Positions 36,358 to 46,116 of a stretch of DNA of 59,875 bases are shown piece after piece. The DNA is from Actinomycetota bacterium. Lineage in GTDB: Bacteria; Actinomycetota; Thermoleophilia; RBG-16-64-13. Position numbers and translations under genes: made by a program. The first letter of the stretch is position 1; each line of letters begins with the position of its first letter. The notes beneath the pieces are model-generated. The model ran no database searches and was not told the DNA's origin. It worked only from the letters and a program-made list of their open reading frames with translations. The stretch spans positions 17,600 to 77,474 of the forward strand of contig DAIRFC010000003.1 in the NCBI GenBank assembly GCA_036795215.1, read 5' to 3'.

Positions 36358-36894
36358 ATGACTGGCGCCGCAAAGACCGGGGAAGACCCGCTGGTGAGCA
36401 TCGCGCGACAGGCGATAGAGACCTATATCCGCGACCGTACCGTCATCGAGCCTGCGCAGGTCTTGGGGCTCAAACCGCGCCGGGCGGGCGTCTTTGTGTC
36501 TCTGCACCTGCCCGACGGGTCGCTCCGGGGGTGCATCGGCACGACCGAGCCCTACCAGCCCGACATCGAGCAGGAGATCGTCGCCAACGCCATCAGCGCG
36601 GCCACCAAGGACCCACGGTTCTATCCGCTCGAAGCGAGTGAGCTCGACGGTCTCGATATCTCTGTGGACGTCTTGGAGGCGCCCGAGGAGGTCGGCGGGC
36701 CGGAGGACCTCGATGTGAAGGAGTACGGCGTCATCGTGAGGGCTATCGACGGGCGTCGCGGGCTCCTCCTGCCCGATCTGGATGGCGTGGAGACCGTCGA
36801 TCAACAGATCCGCATAGCGTGTCGCAAAGGCGGCATCGACCCGGTGGAAGAGCAGTACAGCATCTTCCGGTTCAGGGTGCAGCGCCACCATTAG
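36358..36894 (+). CDS. AMMECR1-domain protein (AmmeMemoRadiSam system protein A)
   Basis: GVFVSLH...GSLRGCIGT...AISAATKDPRF...GLLLP signature. Start is ATG 36358 after GGAGTGAGGGG, or GTG 36343 (GTGA overlap). Confidence 0.85.
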   Translation: MTGAAKTGEDPLVSIARQAIETYIRDRTVIEPAQVLGLKPRRAGVFVSLHLPDGSLRGCIGTTEPYQPDIEQEIVANAISAATKDPRFYPLEASELDGLDISVDVLEAPEEVGGPEDLDVKEYGVIVRAIDGRRGLLLPDLDGVETVDQQIRIACRKGGIDPVEEQYSIFRFRVQRHH

Positions 36895-36984
36895 GATGCC
36901 GGCGGCCGACACATGGTTTGCCGGTATGGCGGGCTGCGGTATGATATCTACCAGTATGACCAACCGGACCAGCGGGGAGTCGTA

Positions 36985-37464
36985 GTGCAGAGCAACGGTT
37001 CAGGTGTAACGGTCGTGGGTCCTCGTTACCGCTACAAGCGGCGGCGCTCTCTCGCCGGCCGCGTGGTGTGGGGCGGCCTCCTGCGCGTCTTGCAGCGCAT
37101 CACCCATTACAAGCACGGCGATCACTTGGAGTTCAAGCTCAGCTTCTCGGTGCGCGATCTGGTCACCGACAAGGGACGTGCGGTCAAAGACCAGATGGAG
37201 TCCTTGGTCCGGGCGGTGCAGAAGGCCGGTTCGTACCAGGCAAGGGACGAGGCCGCCCGAGCGGTGCATGCGGTCATGGACGGCATGAAGGGCTGGGTCC
37301 CGCCCGACGCGCTCTCGAAGATGTCGGAGTCGGCGCCGGTCCGAGAGGCCGCCCGCCTCGGCCGGGCCGCGGCGCAGCGGCTGCAGAAGGGCGAGACCGT
37401 GGGTGCCGAAGAGGCCGAGGCGGTCTCCGGCGAAGGCCCTTCGAGCGAGGCCCAGAAGGTCTAG
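36985..37464 (+). CDS. Hypothetical protein
   Basis: Open frame with GGGGAG 5 nt upstream of GTG 36985. No recognisable domain. Confidence 0.35.
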   Translation: MQSNGSGVTVVGPRYRYKRRRSLAGRVVWGGLLRVLQRITHYKHGDHLEFKLSFSVRDLVTDKGRAVKDQMESLVRAVQKAGSYQARDEAARAVHAVMDGMKGWVPPDALSKMSESAPVREAARLGRAAAQRLQKGETVGAEEAEAVSGEGPSSEAQKV

Positions 37465-37477
37465 CCACCCCGGGCGT

Positions 37478-38908
37478 TCAGCCCTTCACGACCCCCAAGG
37501 GCCGCAACCGGGCTACTTTGGGCGAGATGCCCGCGCCGTGCATCACGCCTACCACCGCCTCTACATCCTTGTAGGCCTCGGGCATCTCTTCTGCCAGCGT
37601 CTTGCGGCCCTGAGAGCGCACCCAGATGCCTGCCGACTGGAGCTCCCTGTCGATGGCTCTGCCCTGGGCCCGTTTCAGAGCCTGCGAACGGCTCATCACC
37701 CGGCCCGCTCCATGGCATGTGGAGCCGAACGTCTCGGTCATGGCCCGGTCGGTGCCCCTGCACACGAAGGAGGCCGTGCCCATGTCGCCTGGTATGAGGA
37801 CGGGCTGCCCGACCGCCCGGTAGCAGTCGGGGACCTCCGGCCGCCCGGGCCCGAACGCCCTGGTCGCTCCCTTGCGATGGACGCAGGCGTCGACGCTCGA
37901 ACCGGATACCTCGTGCCTCTCCAGTTTCGCGATGTTGTGGGCTACGTCGTAGACCAGGCGTAGGTCGAGGGTCTTGGGGGAGATGCGCAGGGCATGGAGC
38001 AGGGCCTGCTCGGTGAGGTGCATGATCATCTGCCGGTTGGCCCAGGCGTAGTTGGCGGCGCAGGCCATGGCGGAGAGGTATCGCCGTCCCTCCGGAGAGG
38101 TCACCGGCGCGCAGGCCAGTTGACGGTCGGGCAGGTCGATGTGGTACCGGCGGGCGGCGCCGGCCATGACCTCCAGGTAGTCCTCGCATACTTGATACCC
38201 GAAGCCACGCGAGCCGCAGTGGATCATGACGGTGATCTGACCCTTGTCGAGACCGTACGCCGCCGCTGCCACGGGGTCGAAGACCTTGTCCACGCACTGG
38301 ACCTCGAGAAAGTGGTTGCCCGAACCCAGGGTGCCCACCTGATCCTGGCCTCGAGTGTAGGCCCGCTCGCTGATGGCGGCCGGGTCGGCTCCCGGCAACG
38401 CCCCGCCGTCCTCGGTCCGCTCCAAGTCGTCCTTGCGACCATGGCCGTGTTCGACGGCCCAAGCGGCTCCCTTCACCAGGACCTGCTCGAGCTCCCGGCG
38501 CGATAGCTTCGCGATCGCGCCGCTCGACCCCACCCCCGAAGGCACGTCGCCGAAAAGCCGGTCGACCAGCCGGGGGATCCTGCCCCTGACGTCGTCCTCG
38601 TGCAGGCCGGTCGCGATGAGTCGCACGCCGCAGTTGATGTCGTAGCCCACGCCGCCCGGCGAGACCACTCCTTCATCCACGCTGAACGCGGCCACTCCTC
38701 CTATGGGGAACCCGTAGCCGAAGTGGATGTCGGGCATGGCCATGGAATACAAGAGTATGCCCGGTAGGTGAGCTACGTTGGCCACCTGGGCGAGACTCTG
38801 GTCGCCGCTCAGCCCGTCCATGAGCCTCCGGTCGGCGTAGACGCGGCCCGGAACGCGCATACCGCCCGTCTGCGGCAGTTCCCAGATCCACTCGCTTATG
38901 CGTTGCAT
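37478..38908 (-). CDS. rtcB: RNA 3'-phosphate/5'-OH ligase RtcB
   Basis: MPDIHFGYGFPIGG, GYDINCGVR, GSGNHFLE, HCGSRGFG and PGDMG motifs. ATG 38908 follows AAGGTGAGGGA. Confidence 0.92.
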   Translation of the reverse strand: MQRISEWIWELPQTGGMRVPGRVYADRRLMDGLSGDQSLAQVANVAHLPGILLYSMAMPDIHFGYGFPIGGVAAFSVDEGVVSPGGVGYDINCGVRLIATGLHEDDVRGRIPRLVDRLFGDVPSGVGSSGAIAKLSRRELEQVLVKGAAWAVEHGHGRKDDLERTEDGGALPGADPAAISERAYTRGQDQVGTLGSGNHFLEVQCVDKVFDPVAAAAYGLDKGQITVMIHCGSRGFGYQVCEDYLEVMAGAARRYHIDLPDRQLACAPVTSPEGRRYLSAMACAANYAWANRQMIMHLTEQALLHALRISPKTLDLRLVYDVAHNIAKLERHEVSGSSVDACVHRKGATRAFGPGRPEVPDCYRAVGQPVLIPGDMGTASFVCRGTDRAMTETFGSTCHGAGRVMSRSQALKRAQGRAIDRELQSAGIWVRSQGRKTLAEEMPEAYKDVEAVVGVMHGAGISPKVARLRPLGVVKG

Positions 38909-38943
38909 CTCGTCCCTCACCTTCTTGACGAGACCTCTGCTCT

Positions 38944-39414
38944 TCACACGTCCAACAGCACGGTCGCCCTCCATCCGCCTTCGGCCGTCTTCTCGACTGT
39001 GAGCTGGTGATAGGTGACCGCCTTGACTTCCGTGAACAGGGTGTGGCGCCGCCGGTCGACGATCTCGCCGTCCAAGCGGGCGGTGACCCCCACTTCACCG
39101 GCCGGCCGGGTCTGCACGTCTATCTCGGCGCGTGCCGCCACGAACCCCTCGGTGGAGAACAGGTAGAGAGCCTCGGCCAGCAAAGACCGTAATACGGCCG
39201 CAGCGTCCGGCCCCTCCACGGTGATGACCTCTTCGTGCCCCGTGCCGAACCCCGCGAGCTCCGCGATGTGGTCGTAGAGGGCGAAGAGCGCGTTCTCGAA
39301 GACCACGGAGAGATCGTCACCCCATATCTCCAGAAAGACGTCCGCGGGGTGATCGAGGTCCGCGTAGGCCTCGTTGCGGCTATCCGGCTCCCATCGTCTA
39401 GGCCGATCCGCCAT
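38944..39414 (-). CDS. Archease (RtcB activator)
   Basis: 156 aa with HPADVFLEIWGDDL...FTEVKAVTYHQLTV is typical of archease. Directly upstream of rtcB. Confidence 0.85.
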   Translation of the reverse strand: MADRPRRWEPDSRNEAYADLDHPADVFLEIWGDDLSVVFENALFALYDHIAELAGFGTGHEEVITVEGPDAAAVLRSLLAEALYLFSTEGFVAARAEIDVQTRPAGEVGVTARLDGEIVDRRRHTLFTEVKAVTYHQLTVEKTAEGGWRATVLLDV

Positions 39415-41890
39415 CTTCGCTTACCACGCAGGCCGAGCGCGCCCGCTGCTTCTTGGGGGCGACGAGGATCTGGTCGAGCACCGAACTCACGTGTTCTACG
39501 TAGCAGAACTGCAGGCCCTCGAGCAGGTCTTCGCCGCGGATCTCCTCCACATCGGCCCGGTTGCGGTCGGGGAGGAACACCCTGGTGATCCCCGCCGCCC
39601 GCGCCGCCAAGACCTTCTCCTTGATGCCGCCCACGGGGAGCACCTGGCCGGTGAGGGTGACTTCCCCGGTCATGGCAACGCCGGAGTCGACGGCCCGCCC
39701 TGTCATCATGCTGGCCAGAGCGACGGTCATGGCCACGCCCGCGGACGGCCCGTCTTTGGGGACCGCTCCCGCCGGGACGTGCACGTGGACGTCGTGCTTC
39801 TGGAAGTATTCCGCATCGGCGCCCAGCTTCTCGGAGGCGCTCCGCACGTAGGTGAGCGCGGCCTGGGCCGACTCCTTCATCACGTCGCCCAACTGGCCCG
39901 TCAGGGTCAGCCGGCCGGTGCCCGGCATGGCCCGCGCTTCGATGAAGAGGATGTCGCCGCCTGTGGGCGTCCAGGCCAGGCCGGTGGAGACACCGGGATC
40001 GCTGGTGCGGCGCTTGGTCTCGCGAAACACCTTCTGTCTGCCCAGGAACTCCTTTACCTGCCGCTCGCCGATGGTGATGCGCTTGCGGCTCTCCTCGGCC
40101 ACCATGCGGGCGAACTTGCGGGCCAGACTGCCGATCTGCCGCTCAAGGTTGCGCACCCCGGCCTCACGAGTGTAGTTCTCGATGACCAGGCGCAGGGCCT
40201 TGTCGGTGATCTTGAATTGCCCGGGCCTCAGGCCGTTGCGCTCCAATTGCCGCGGCACCAGGTAACGCCGGGCGATGTGGAGCTTGTCCTCCTCGGTGTA
40301 GCCGGCTATGGAGATGATCTCCATGCGGTCGCGCAGGGGGCCGGGGATGGTGTCGAGCACGTTGGCGGTACACACGAACATGACCTTCGACAGATCGAAG
40401 GGCAGATCGAGGTAGTGGTCGCGAAAACTGCCGTTCTGCTCGGGGTCGAGGACCTCCAGCATGGCGCTGGACGGGTCGCCCCGCCAGTCGGCGCCCATCT
40501 TGTCTATCTCGTCGATCATGAAGACCGGGTTGCTGCTGCCGGCGTCGCGTATGGCCCTGATGATGGTGCCGGGCATGGCGCCCACGTAGGTGCGCCGGTG
40601 CCCGCGGATCTCGGACTCGTCGCGCACGCCGCCCACGCTTATGCGGATGAACTTGCGTCCCATGGCCCGGGCTATGCTCTTGCCGAGGCTCGTCTTACCC
40701 ACGCCTGGAGGGCCGACGAAGCACAGGATCGGCCCGGTGGCTCCGCTCTTGAGTTTCTGCACTGCCAGGAACTCGAGTATGCGGTCCTTCACATCTTCGA
40801 GGTCGTAGTGGTCTTCGTCCAGTACCTGGCGGGCGTTACCGATATCCAGGTGGTCCTCGGTGAGCACCGACCAGGGCAGCGAGAGTATCCAGTCCAGATA
40901 GGTGCGGATGACCCCGTATTCGGCCGCGGCCGGAGGCAGTTTGGCAAGGCGGTCGAGCTCCCGGCGCGCCTGTTTGTCCACCTCTTCGGGGAGTCCGGCC
41001 TGGTCGATGCGCTCGCGCAGCTCGTTCGCCTCGGCCTGGGTCTCGTCGGTCTCGCCGAGCTCGTCCTGGATGGCCTTGAGCTGTTGTCGCAGCACATACT
41101 CACGCTGGTTCTTGTCCATCTCCGATTGGACTTGGTCTTGTATCTTCGAGCCCAGTTCGAGGACCTCAAGCTCGCGGTTCATGAGCGCGGTGAGTCTGCG
41201 CAGGCGCTTGGAAAGGTCGACCTCTTCGAGGAGTCCCTGCTTCTCCTCGGTCTTGATGCGCATTGTGGAGGCGATGAAATAGCCGAGCATGGCCGGATCT
41301 TCGATGCCTGCGGCCGCCATCTCGAGCTCGTCGGGCAGGTAGGGGACCAGTCCGATGATCTTCGTGTATACCGTGACCAGGTTGCGCTGCAGCGCCTCAA
41401 GCTCAGTCCCTTGCTCCACCACGTCGGGGAGTTCGTCGACTTCCGCCACCAGATAGGGCTCCTCGGTCACGAAGCGCTCGATCTTGATGCGGCGGATGCC
41501 TTGAGCGACTATGCGCAGCGTGCCGTCCGGAGCTTTTATCATCTTCTGGATCGTGGCCAGCACGCCCACCATGTGGATGTCATCCGGGCCCGGTATCTCG
41601 ATATCCGGGTCTTTCGTGGCGACGAGGCCGACCTGCCTGTCTCCGCGTAGGATGTCGTCGATGAGGCGCACCGAGCGTGGTTGCCCCACGGCCAAAGGCA
41701 TCATGGTCTCCGGAAAGACCACGGTGTCCTTGAGTGGCAGGATGGGCAGACCGGCTGGGCCGACCGTCAGGGAAGCGTCGGCAGGCTCTTGCGAGACGAT
41801 TATGAAGTCCTGTCCTGCAGCGAGGATCCCGACATCCAAGGGATCCTGCATGTGCAGAAGCGGGCCGTTGTAAGTTTCGCGGGCCGTCAT
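39398..41890 (-). CDS. lon: ATP-dependent Lon protease (LonA)
   Basis: LON N-domain, AAA+ motifs GPPGVGKTS and DEIDK, and protease PKDGPSAG with catalytic Ser. Confidence 0.95.
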   Translation of the reverse strand: MTARETYNGPLLHMQDPLDVGILAAGQDFIIVSQEPADASLTVGPAGLPILPLKDTVVFPETMMPLAVGQPRSVRLIDDILRGDRQVGLVATKDPDIEIPGPDDIHMVGVLATIQKMIKAPDGTLRIVAQGIRRIKIERFVTEEPYLVAEVDELPDVVEQGTELEALQRNLVTVYTKIIGLVPYLPDELEMAAAGIEDPAMLGYFIASTMRIKTEEKQGLLEEVDLSKRLRRLTALMNRELEVLELGSKIQDQVQSEMDKNQREYVLRQQLKAIQDELGETDETQAEANELRERIDQAGLPEEVDKQARRELDRLAKLPPAAAEYGVIRTYLDWILSLPWSVLTEDHLDIGNARQVLDEDHYDLEDVKDRILEFLAVQKLKSGATGPILCFVGPPGVGKTSLGKSIARAMGRKFIRISVGGVRDESEIRGHRRTYVGAMPGTIIRAIRDAGSSNPVFMIDEIDKMGADWRGDPSSAMLEVLDPEQNGSFRDHYLDLPFDLSKVMFVCTANVLDTIPGPLRDRMEIISIAGYTEEDKLHIARRYLVPRQLERNGLRPGQFKITDKALRLVIENYTREAGVRNLERQIGSLARKFARMVAEESRKRITIGERQVKEFLGRQKVFRETKRRTSDPGVSTGLAWTPTGGDILFIEARAMPGTGRLTLTGQLGDVMKESAQAALTYVRSASEKLGADAEYFQKHDVHVHVPAGAVPKDGPSAGVAMTVALASMMTGRAVDSGVAMTGEVTLTGQVLPVGGIKEKVLAARAAGITRVFLPDRNRADVEEIRGEDLLEGLQFCYVEHVSSVLDQILVAPKKQRARSACVVSEDGGSA

Positions 41891-42363
41891 GGCTTGCGTT
41901 CCTCCGCGTCCTCGTCCGAGGCTGTGATGGGGATGCGCTTCTTCTCCGAGCGGGTCTTCACGGGCAGCACGATCTCCAGATATCCGCCAGCGTAGTTGGC
42001 CCTCGCCTTGCCGGAGTCCACCTCAGGAGGCAGAGACACCGCGCGCTCGAAGCGGCCGTAGGTTATCTCCATCTGCTGGTAGACGGCGTCCGGGTGATGC
42101 TGATAGGTGCGGACACCGCTGACCCGCAGCACGTTCTCGTCGACCTCGAGGTCTATCTCCCCAGGGTCGATGCCGGGTAGCTCGAGCTTCACCACCACGG
42201 CCTTCTGGCGCTTGTCGTAATAGACGTCGGCATTGGGCCGGAACGCGACCTTGCCACAACGAGGGGTGCGTTCTCCGCGCAGCAGTTCGAGGAACATCTT
42301 GTCCACCTCGTTCTGCAGCCGTCGCCTCTGGCCTTCTGTCTCGCTCTTGCTTCTGGCCTCCAT
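41887..42363 (-). CDS. Hsp20/alpha-crystallin small heat-shock protein
   Basis: Alpha-crystallin domain (VVVKLELPGIDPGEIDLEVDENVLRVSG...GRFERAVSLP..., ...YAGGYLEIVLP). GAGGAGG precedes ATG 42363. ATGA overlap with lon. Confidence 0.85.
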   Translation of the reverse strand: MEARSKSETEGQRRRLQNEVDKMFLELLRGERTPRCGKVAFRPNADVYYDKRQKAVVVKLELPGIDPGEIDLEVDENVLRVSGVRTYQHHPDAVYQQMEITYGRFERAVSLPPEVDSGKARANYAGGYLEIVLPVKTRSEKKRIPITASDEDAEERKP

Positions 42364-42373
42364 GCTTCCTCCT

Positions 42374-45277
42374 CTACTCCTCACCTGCCAGCGCGCTCAA
42401 GACCTCACCGAGAGCGTCGATCTGGTTCCCATACTCGGCCCAATCTCCCCGCTTGAGGGCCTCGTTAGCAGCTTCGTAGTATTGGCTGGCGAGTTCTATC
42501 AGCGCCGCCTTGTCGGCGGGCAGGTCGCCGCCTGGGACGGACGTGGTCGTCGAACTCGTGGTGGAGCTGGTAGTCGTGGTCGGTGGCGCGGTGGTGGTCG
42601 TGGTGGCCGGCGCCGTTGTCGTGGTGGCTCCGGGCACGGTCGGATCGGTACTGATGGGCTCGCCAAAGAGGGCGCTGAGTGCATCGCCGAGGCTGGGCTC
42701 CATGACCACATCATCGCCGTACGCCGCGATCACACGGGTGAGTTCCGGGATAGGGCTCTGCTCGGCCTGCAGATAGACCGGTTCGAAGTACATCACCGAC
42801 TGCTCTATGGGGACCACCAGCAGGTTGCCCCGGATGACCTGGCTTCCGCCCTGGCTCCAGAGCGTGAGTTGTGAGGAGATCACCGGGTCGTTCGAGATGC
42901 GTGCTTCCATCTGGGCCGGGCCATAGACCACTTTGTTCTTCGGGAAGTCGATCACCATGAGCTCCCCGTAGTGGTCGCCGTCCTGTCTGGCGACCATCAT
43001 GGCCACCATGTTCTTCTTGCTGAGGGGCGCGAAGGGCTGCAGCAGAGCGAACTCCGGCTCAGTCTCGCCTGGGAGGGCCAGCACTTCATAGTAAGGCACC
43101 ACCGGGATCTCATCCTGGGCGTAGATCTCCATGGGGATCTCCCACACGTCTTCTTTGTTGTAGAAGATCTGCGGGTCGTTCATGTGATAGGTGGAGAGCA
43201 CCGCGGCTTGGACGCTGTACATGTCTTCGGGGTAGCGCATGTGCCTGCGGAGGTCGTCGGGCATCTGATCTCCGGGAGTCCACAGGTCGTCGAAGACCTT
43301 GCCCCAGGTGTTCGCCACGGCATCGTCCGGGTCCATCTGATAGAAGGTGACCTTGCCGCTGAAGGCGTCGATGACCACTTTCACCGAATTGCGGATGTAG
43401 TTCACTCCGGCCCCTTGGGGCTGGGAATAGGGGAAGCGCTCGCTGTGGGTGTACGCGTCCCACATCCAGACCATGGTCCCGTCGTCGCGCGCGACCACGT
43501 AGGGATCGGAGTCGTAAGCCAGGAACGGAGCAAGTGCCTGCACCCGCTCCTGCAGCGTCCGCCGGTACATGATGCGCGACTCGTCGGTGAGCGAGCTGGA
43601 GAAGAACAGCTTCAGACTGTTGAAGCGGAAGGCGAACGCCATCCGGCGGGCGGTGCTCCCTATGGAGACACCGCCGTCGCCCTCGTACGACTCCACGAAG
43701 ACGTTGGTGTCACCCTTCGGGTAGTCGAATTCCGGGCTGGTGGTGTTCACCACCACGAAGTCGTTGCCCGACTCACCGTAGTAGATCTCCGGGCGGGTGA
43801 TCGGGATGTCGGTGTTGGTGATAGGCGGGATGTCGCGCACCAAGAGCAGGGGGAGTCCGTCGGTGCCCGCCTCGTTCACCGGGCTGAGCACGAACCCGTA
43901 GCCGTGGGTGTAGGTGAGGTGCTGGTTCACCCAGGTGCGCGACTGCGGTTGGAGCTGGGTCTGGTCGAGTTCCCTGGCGCTTATGAGCACCTGGCGGTAC
44001 TCGCCGTCGATGATGTACCTGTCGATGTCTACGTCGTTGAACGAGTAGTACAGTCTGATCTCCTGGATCTGGGCGTACGTGGAGAGGGCAGGGCGCGGCT
44101 CCCAGAGCCGGACGTTGCGTGTGGTGCCGGAATTGACTCTCACCTGTTCGGCCGTGAGGTTGATCGACGCCGGGCTCGAAACCGGCTTGATATCGGTGAG
44201 GCCGAACGCCCATCGTGTTGCGTCGATGTTCCTTGCTATGTACTCACTCTCGGCCGAGATCTCGTTGGGCGACACCCGGTATTGCTGGACGATGGCCGGA
44301 TAGGCTTTACCCGCTATGGCCCAGGTCAAGAACATGACGGCGATGGCGATGGCGGGGAGGCGCCATCCCTTGTAGCGGATGTTGACCAAGAAGAGCACCG
44401 CCGCGATGAGCGACACGATGGCCAGGAAGTGCAGCACCGGCAGTGTGGCGTGCACATCGGTGTAGCTGGCCCCGAAGGTCACGCCTCTCATGGAGTAGTC
44501 GAGCTCCCATGTCTGGAGCATGTAGTCGCCGGCTTTGGCCACCATCGCCAGGGCGAGGAGCGCCGACAGGTGCGCCTTCACGTGCGGAGCAAGGCTGATC
44601 CTATTCTTGTCATTCACCACCAAGGCTCGGTCGACCACGTAGGTGAAGGCCGTGCCGATGAAGGTGAACAGGACGGCGACCCCGACGAAGTTCACCAGCA
44701 TCGACCACAGCGGGAGAGTGAACACGAAGAAGGAGGCATCCTTCCCGAACTGCGGGTCGACGTATCCGAAGTCCACCTTGTTCAGGAAGAGGAGCACCTC
44801 TTCCCACCGGCCGCTGTAGCTGATGCCGAATATGATCGCGAGAACGAGGGCCGCGGCGAGCATGATACGGGCGCTCCAGCGCCGCTTCGTGGCCCACTCG
44901 AAGACATTGCTCTCTTCTTCGGTGGTGACCGGTAGTAACTTCGGCGAGATCTTCCGGGCCAGCCAGAGGCTGCCGTAGAAGATGGCGAAGAAGATCACCG
45001 CGAAGAACAGGCCCACGCACAAGCGGGCCCAGATGGGGGTCCAGAAGACGCTCGTGTAGCCGACTTCCTGGTACCACCAATAGCCTGTCCAGATGCGCGA
45101 GATGAGGTTGCCCAGGCCGAACAGGACCAGTAGGGCCAGGATGACGATCACCGCCCGGCGCACCATGCCCGGCTTCATCCGGGTGAGGCGTTCCAGCCAG
45201 TCCGGTCCGGCGTTCTTCTGGGCCGGTTTTTCTTCCTTGGTCGGTCGCTTGCTGTCTTCAGGTATCTCGGCCATCAC
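42374..45277 (-). CDS. UPF0182-family large membrane protein
   Basis: 967 aa with an N-terminal multi-TM region and a large extracytoplasmic body. Overall pattern is typical of actinobacterial UPF0182. Thr/Pro-rich linker near the C-terminus. Confidence 0.75.
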   Translation of the reverse strand: MMAEIPEDSKRPTKEEKPAQKNAGPDWLERLTRMKPGMVRRAVIVILALLVLFGLGNLISRIWTGYWWYQEVGYTSVFWTPIWARLCVGLFFAVIFFAIFYGSLWLARKISPKLLPVTTEEESNVFEWATKRRWSARIMLAAALVLAIIFGISYSGRWEEVLLFLNKVDFGYVDPQFGKDASFFVFTLPLWSMLVNFVGVAVLFTFIGTAFTYVVDRALVVNDKNRISLAPHVKAHLSALLALAMVAKAGDYMLQTWELDYSMRGVTFGASYTDVHATLPVLHFLAIVSLIAAVLFLVNIRYKGWRLPAIAIAVMFLTWAIAGKAYPAIVQQYRVSPNEISAESEYIARNIDATRWAFGLTDIKPVSSPASINLTAEQVRVNSGTTRNVRLWEPRPALSTYAQIQEIRLYYSFNDVDIDRYIIDGEYRQVLISARELDQTQLQPQSRTWVNQHLTYTHGYGFVLSPVNEAGTDGLPLLLVRDIPPITNTDIPITRPEIYYGESGNDFVVVNTTSPEFDYPKGDTNVFVESYEGDGGVSIGSTARRMAFAFRFNSLKLFFSSSLTDESRIMYRRTLQERVQALAPFLAYDSDPYVVARDDGTMVWMWDAYTHSERFPYSQPQGAGVNYIRNSVKVVIDAFSGKVTFYQMDPDDAVANTWGKVFDDLWTPGDQMPDDLRRHMRYPEDMYSVQAAVLSTYHMNDPQIFYNKEDVWEIPMEIYAQDEIPVVPYYEVLALPGETEPEFALLQPFAPLSKKNMVAMMVARQDGDHYGELMVIDFPKNKVVYGPAQMEARISNDPVISSQLTLWSQGGSQVIRGNLLVVPIEQSVMYFEPVYLQAEQSPIPELTRVIAAYGDDVVMEPSLGDALSALFGEPISTDPTVPGATTTTAPATTTTTAPPTTTTSSTTSSTTTSVPGGDLPADKAALIELASQYYEAANEALKRGDWAEYGNQIDALGEVLSALAGEE

Positions 45278-45930
45278 AGAGCGTGTTCCAGCACGATGGT
45301 AGTCCTTTCGGTCGGCAGAGTGCTCTTCGTGACTTCCAGCGTGGAGCCCCCGTCACGCTGTACTGTCTGTTGTGTCTTCAAGAAGGGGTCTACGGGGGAT
45401 ATGGGGAAGTCCACCTTGTCGGTCTTATAGTGCATGGGCACCACGATGCGCGGGTCCAGGCTTTCGATCACTCGGGCGGCTTCGTCGTGGTCTATTGTGA
45501 AGAAGCCCCCGACGGGGATGAGGACCACGTCCACGGGGCCGATGGCCTGGATGGCGGCCGCGTCGAGCGTGTGCCCCAGGTCGCCCAGATGGGCGAGCCG
45601 TACATCACCGTCGTCCACGACGATGATGGTGTTCTTACCCCGCTTCTCACCTCCGGCTTCGTCGTGGGCCGTATCGACTCCTTTGATGTGTACGGTCCCT
45701 ACCTTCTCGTCTTTGGGATGGACGAAAACGAGTGGTTCGCCGGGGATGGTGTCGGTGGCCCCGTGGTCGTCGTGAGTGTGGCTTGCCACCACCACGTCCG
45801 CCGTCTCATCGATCGGGCCGTACTTGACCGCGCCGTCGAAGCACCCATGGCGGTACGGGTCGAAGATCAGTCGTGTACCGTCTGCTGTTTGGAGTAGGAA
45901 GGATGAGTGGCCGAAGTACGTCAGTCTCAT
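45274..45930 (-). CDS. MBL-fold metal-dependent hydrolase (UPF0173-like)
   Basis: YFGHSSFLL...DPY...SHTHDDHG motif. ATGA overlap with the UPF0182 gene. Confidence 0.8.
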   Translation of the reverse strand: MRLTYFGHSSFLLQTADGTRLIFDPYRHGCFDGAVKYGPIDETADVVVASHTHDDHGATDTIPGEPLVFVHPKDEKVGTVHIKGVDTAHDEAGGEKRGKNTIIVVDDGDVRLAHLGDLGHTLDAAAIQAIGPVDVVLIPVGGFFTIDHDEAARVIESLDPRIVVPMHYKTDKVDFPISPVDPFLKTQQTVQRDGGSTLEVTKSTLPTERTTIVLEHAL

Positions 45931-46116
45931 AGCGGTCGCCTCCGCAGGCTCATGTGAGTCTTTTGAGATGCCTGCATAGGTTAGCGGATTCCTAGAATGG
46001 GTAACAATACGCGAACCGATCGAGGACCGCAGAAGGCGTGTTCACTCCGTCGGGTATGATGACGGTCAAGATGCGAGGGCCGGGCGACCGGCCCGCGAGT
46101 AGAGAAGGAGAGCACA

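Noticed and set aside
39374-41650. 758-aa plus-strand ORF antisense to lon.
   Set aside because: Typical high-G+C antisense ORF. Its composition is Gly/Arg/His/Asp/Leu-rich, it has no recognisable motif, and it completely overlaps a strongly supported lon gene.
42971-44935. 654-aa plus-strand ORF antisense to the UPF0182 gene.
   Set aside because: A mirror-frame artefact of high G+C with no motifs. The opposite strand encodes a coherent membrane protein.
45931-46116. Search for CIRCE (TTAGCACTC-N9-GAGTGCTAA) or HAIR (CTTGAGT-N7-ACTCAAG) heat-shock operators upstream of the MBL-UPF0182-hsp20-lon operon.
   Set aside because: - Only loose fragments are present (TTAGCGG, TGAGTC...TGAGAT), with no inverted-repeat match.
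- The GGGCCGG-GCGA-CCGGCCC hairpin at about 46076-46093 lies in the trxA 5' leader and has no evident role.
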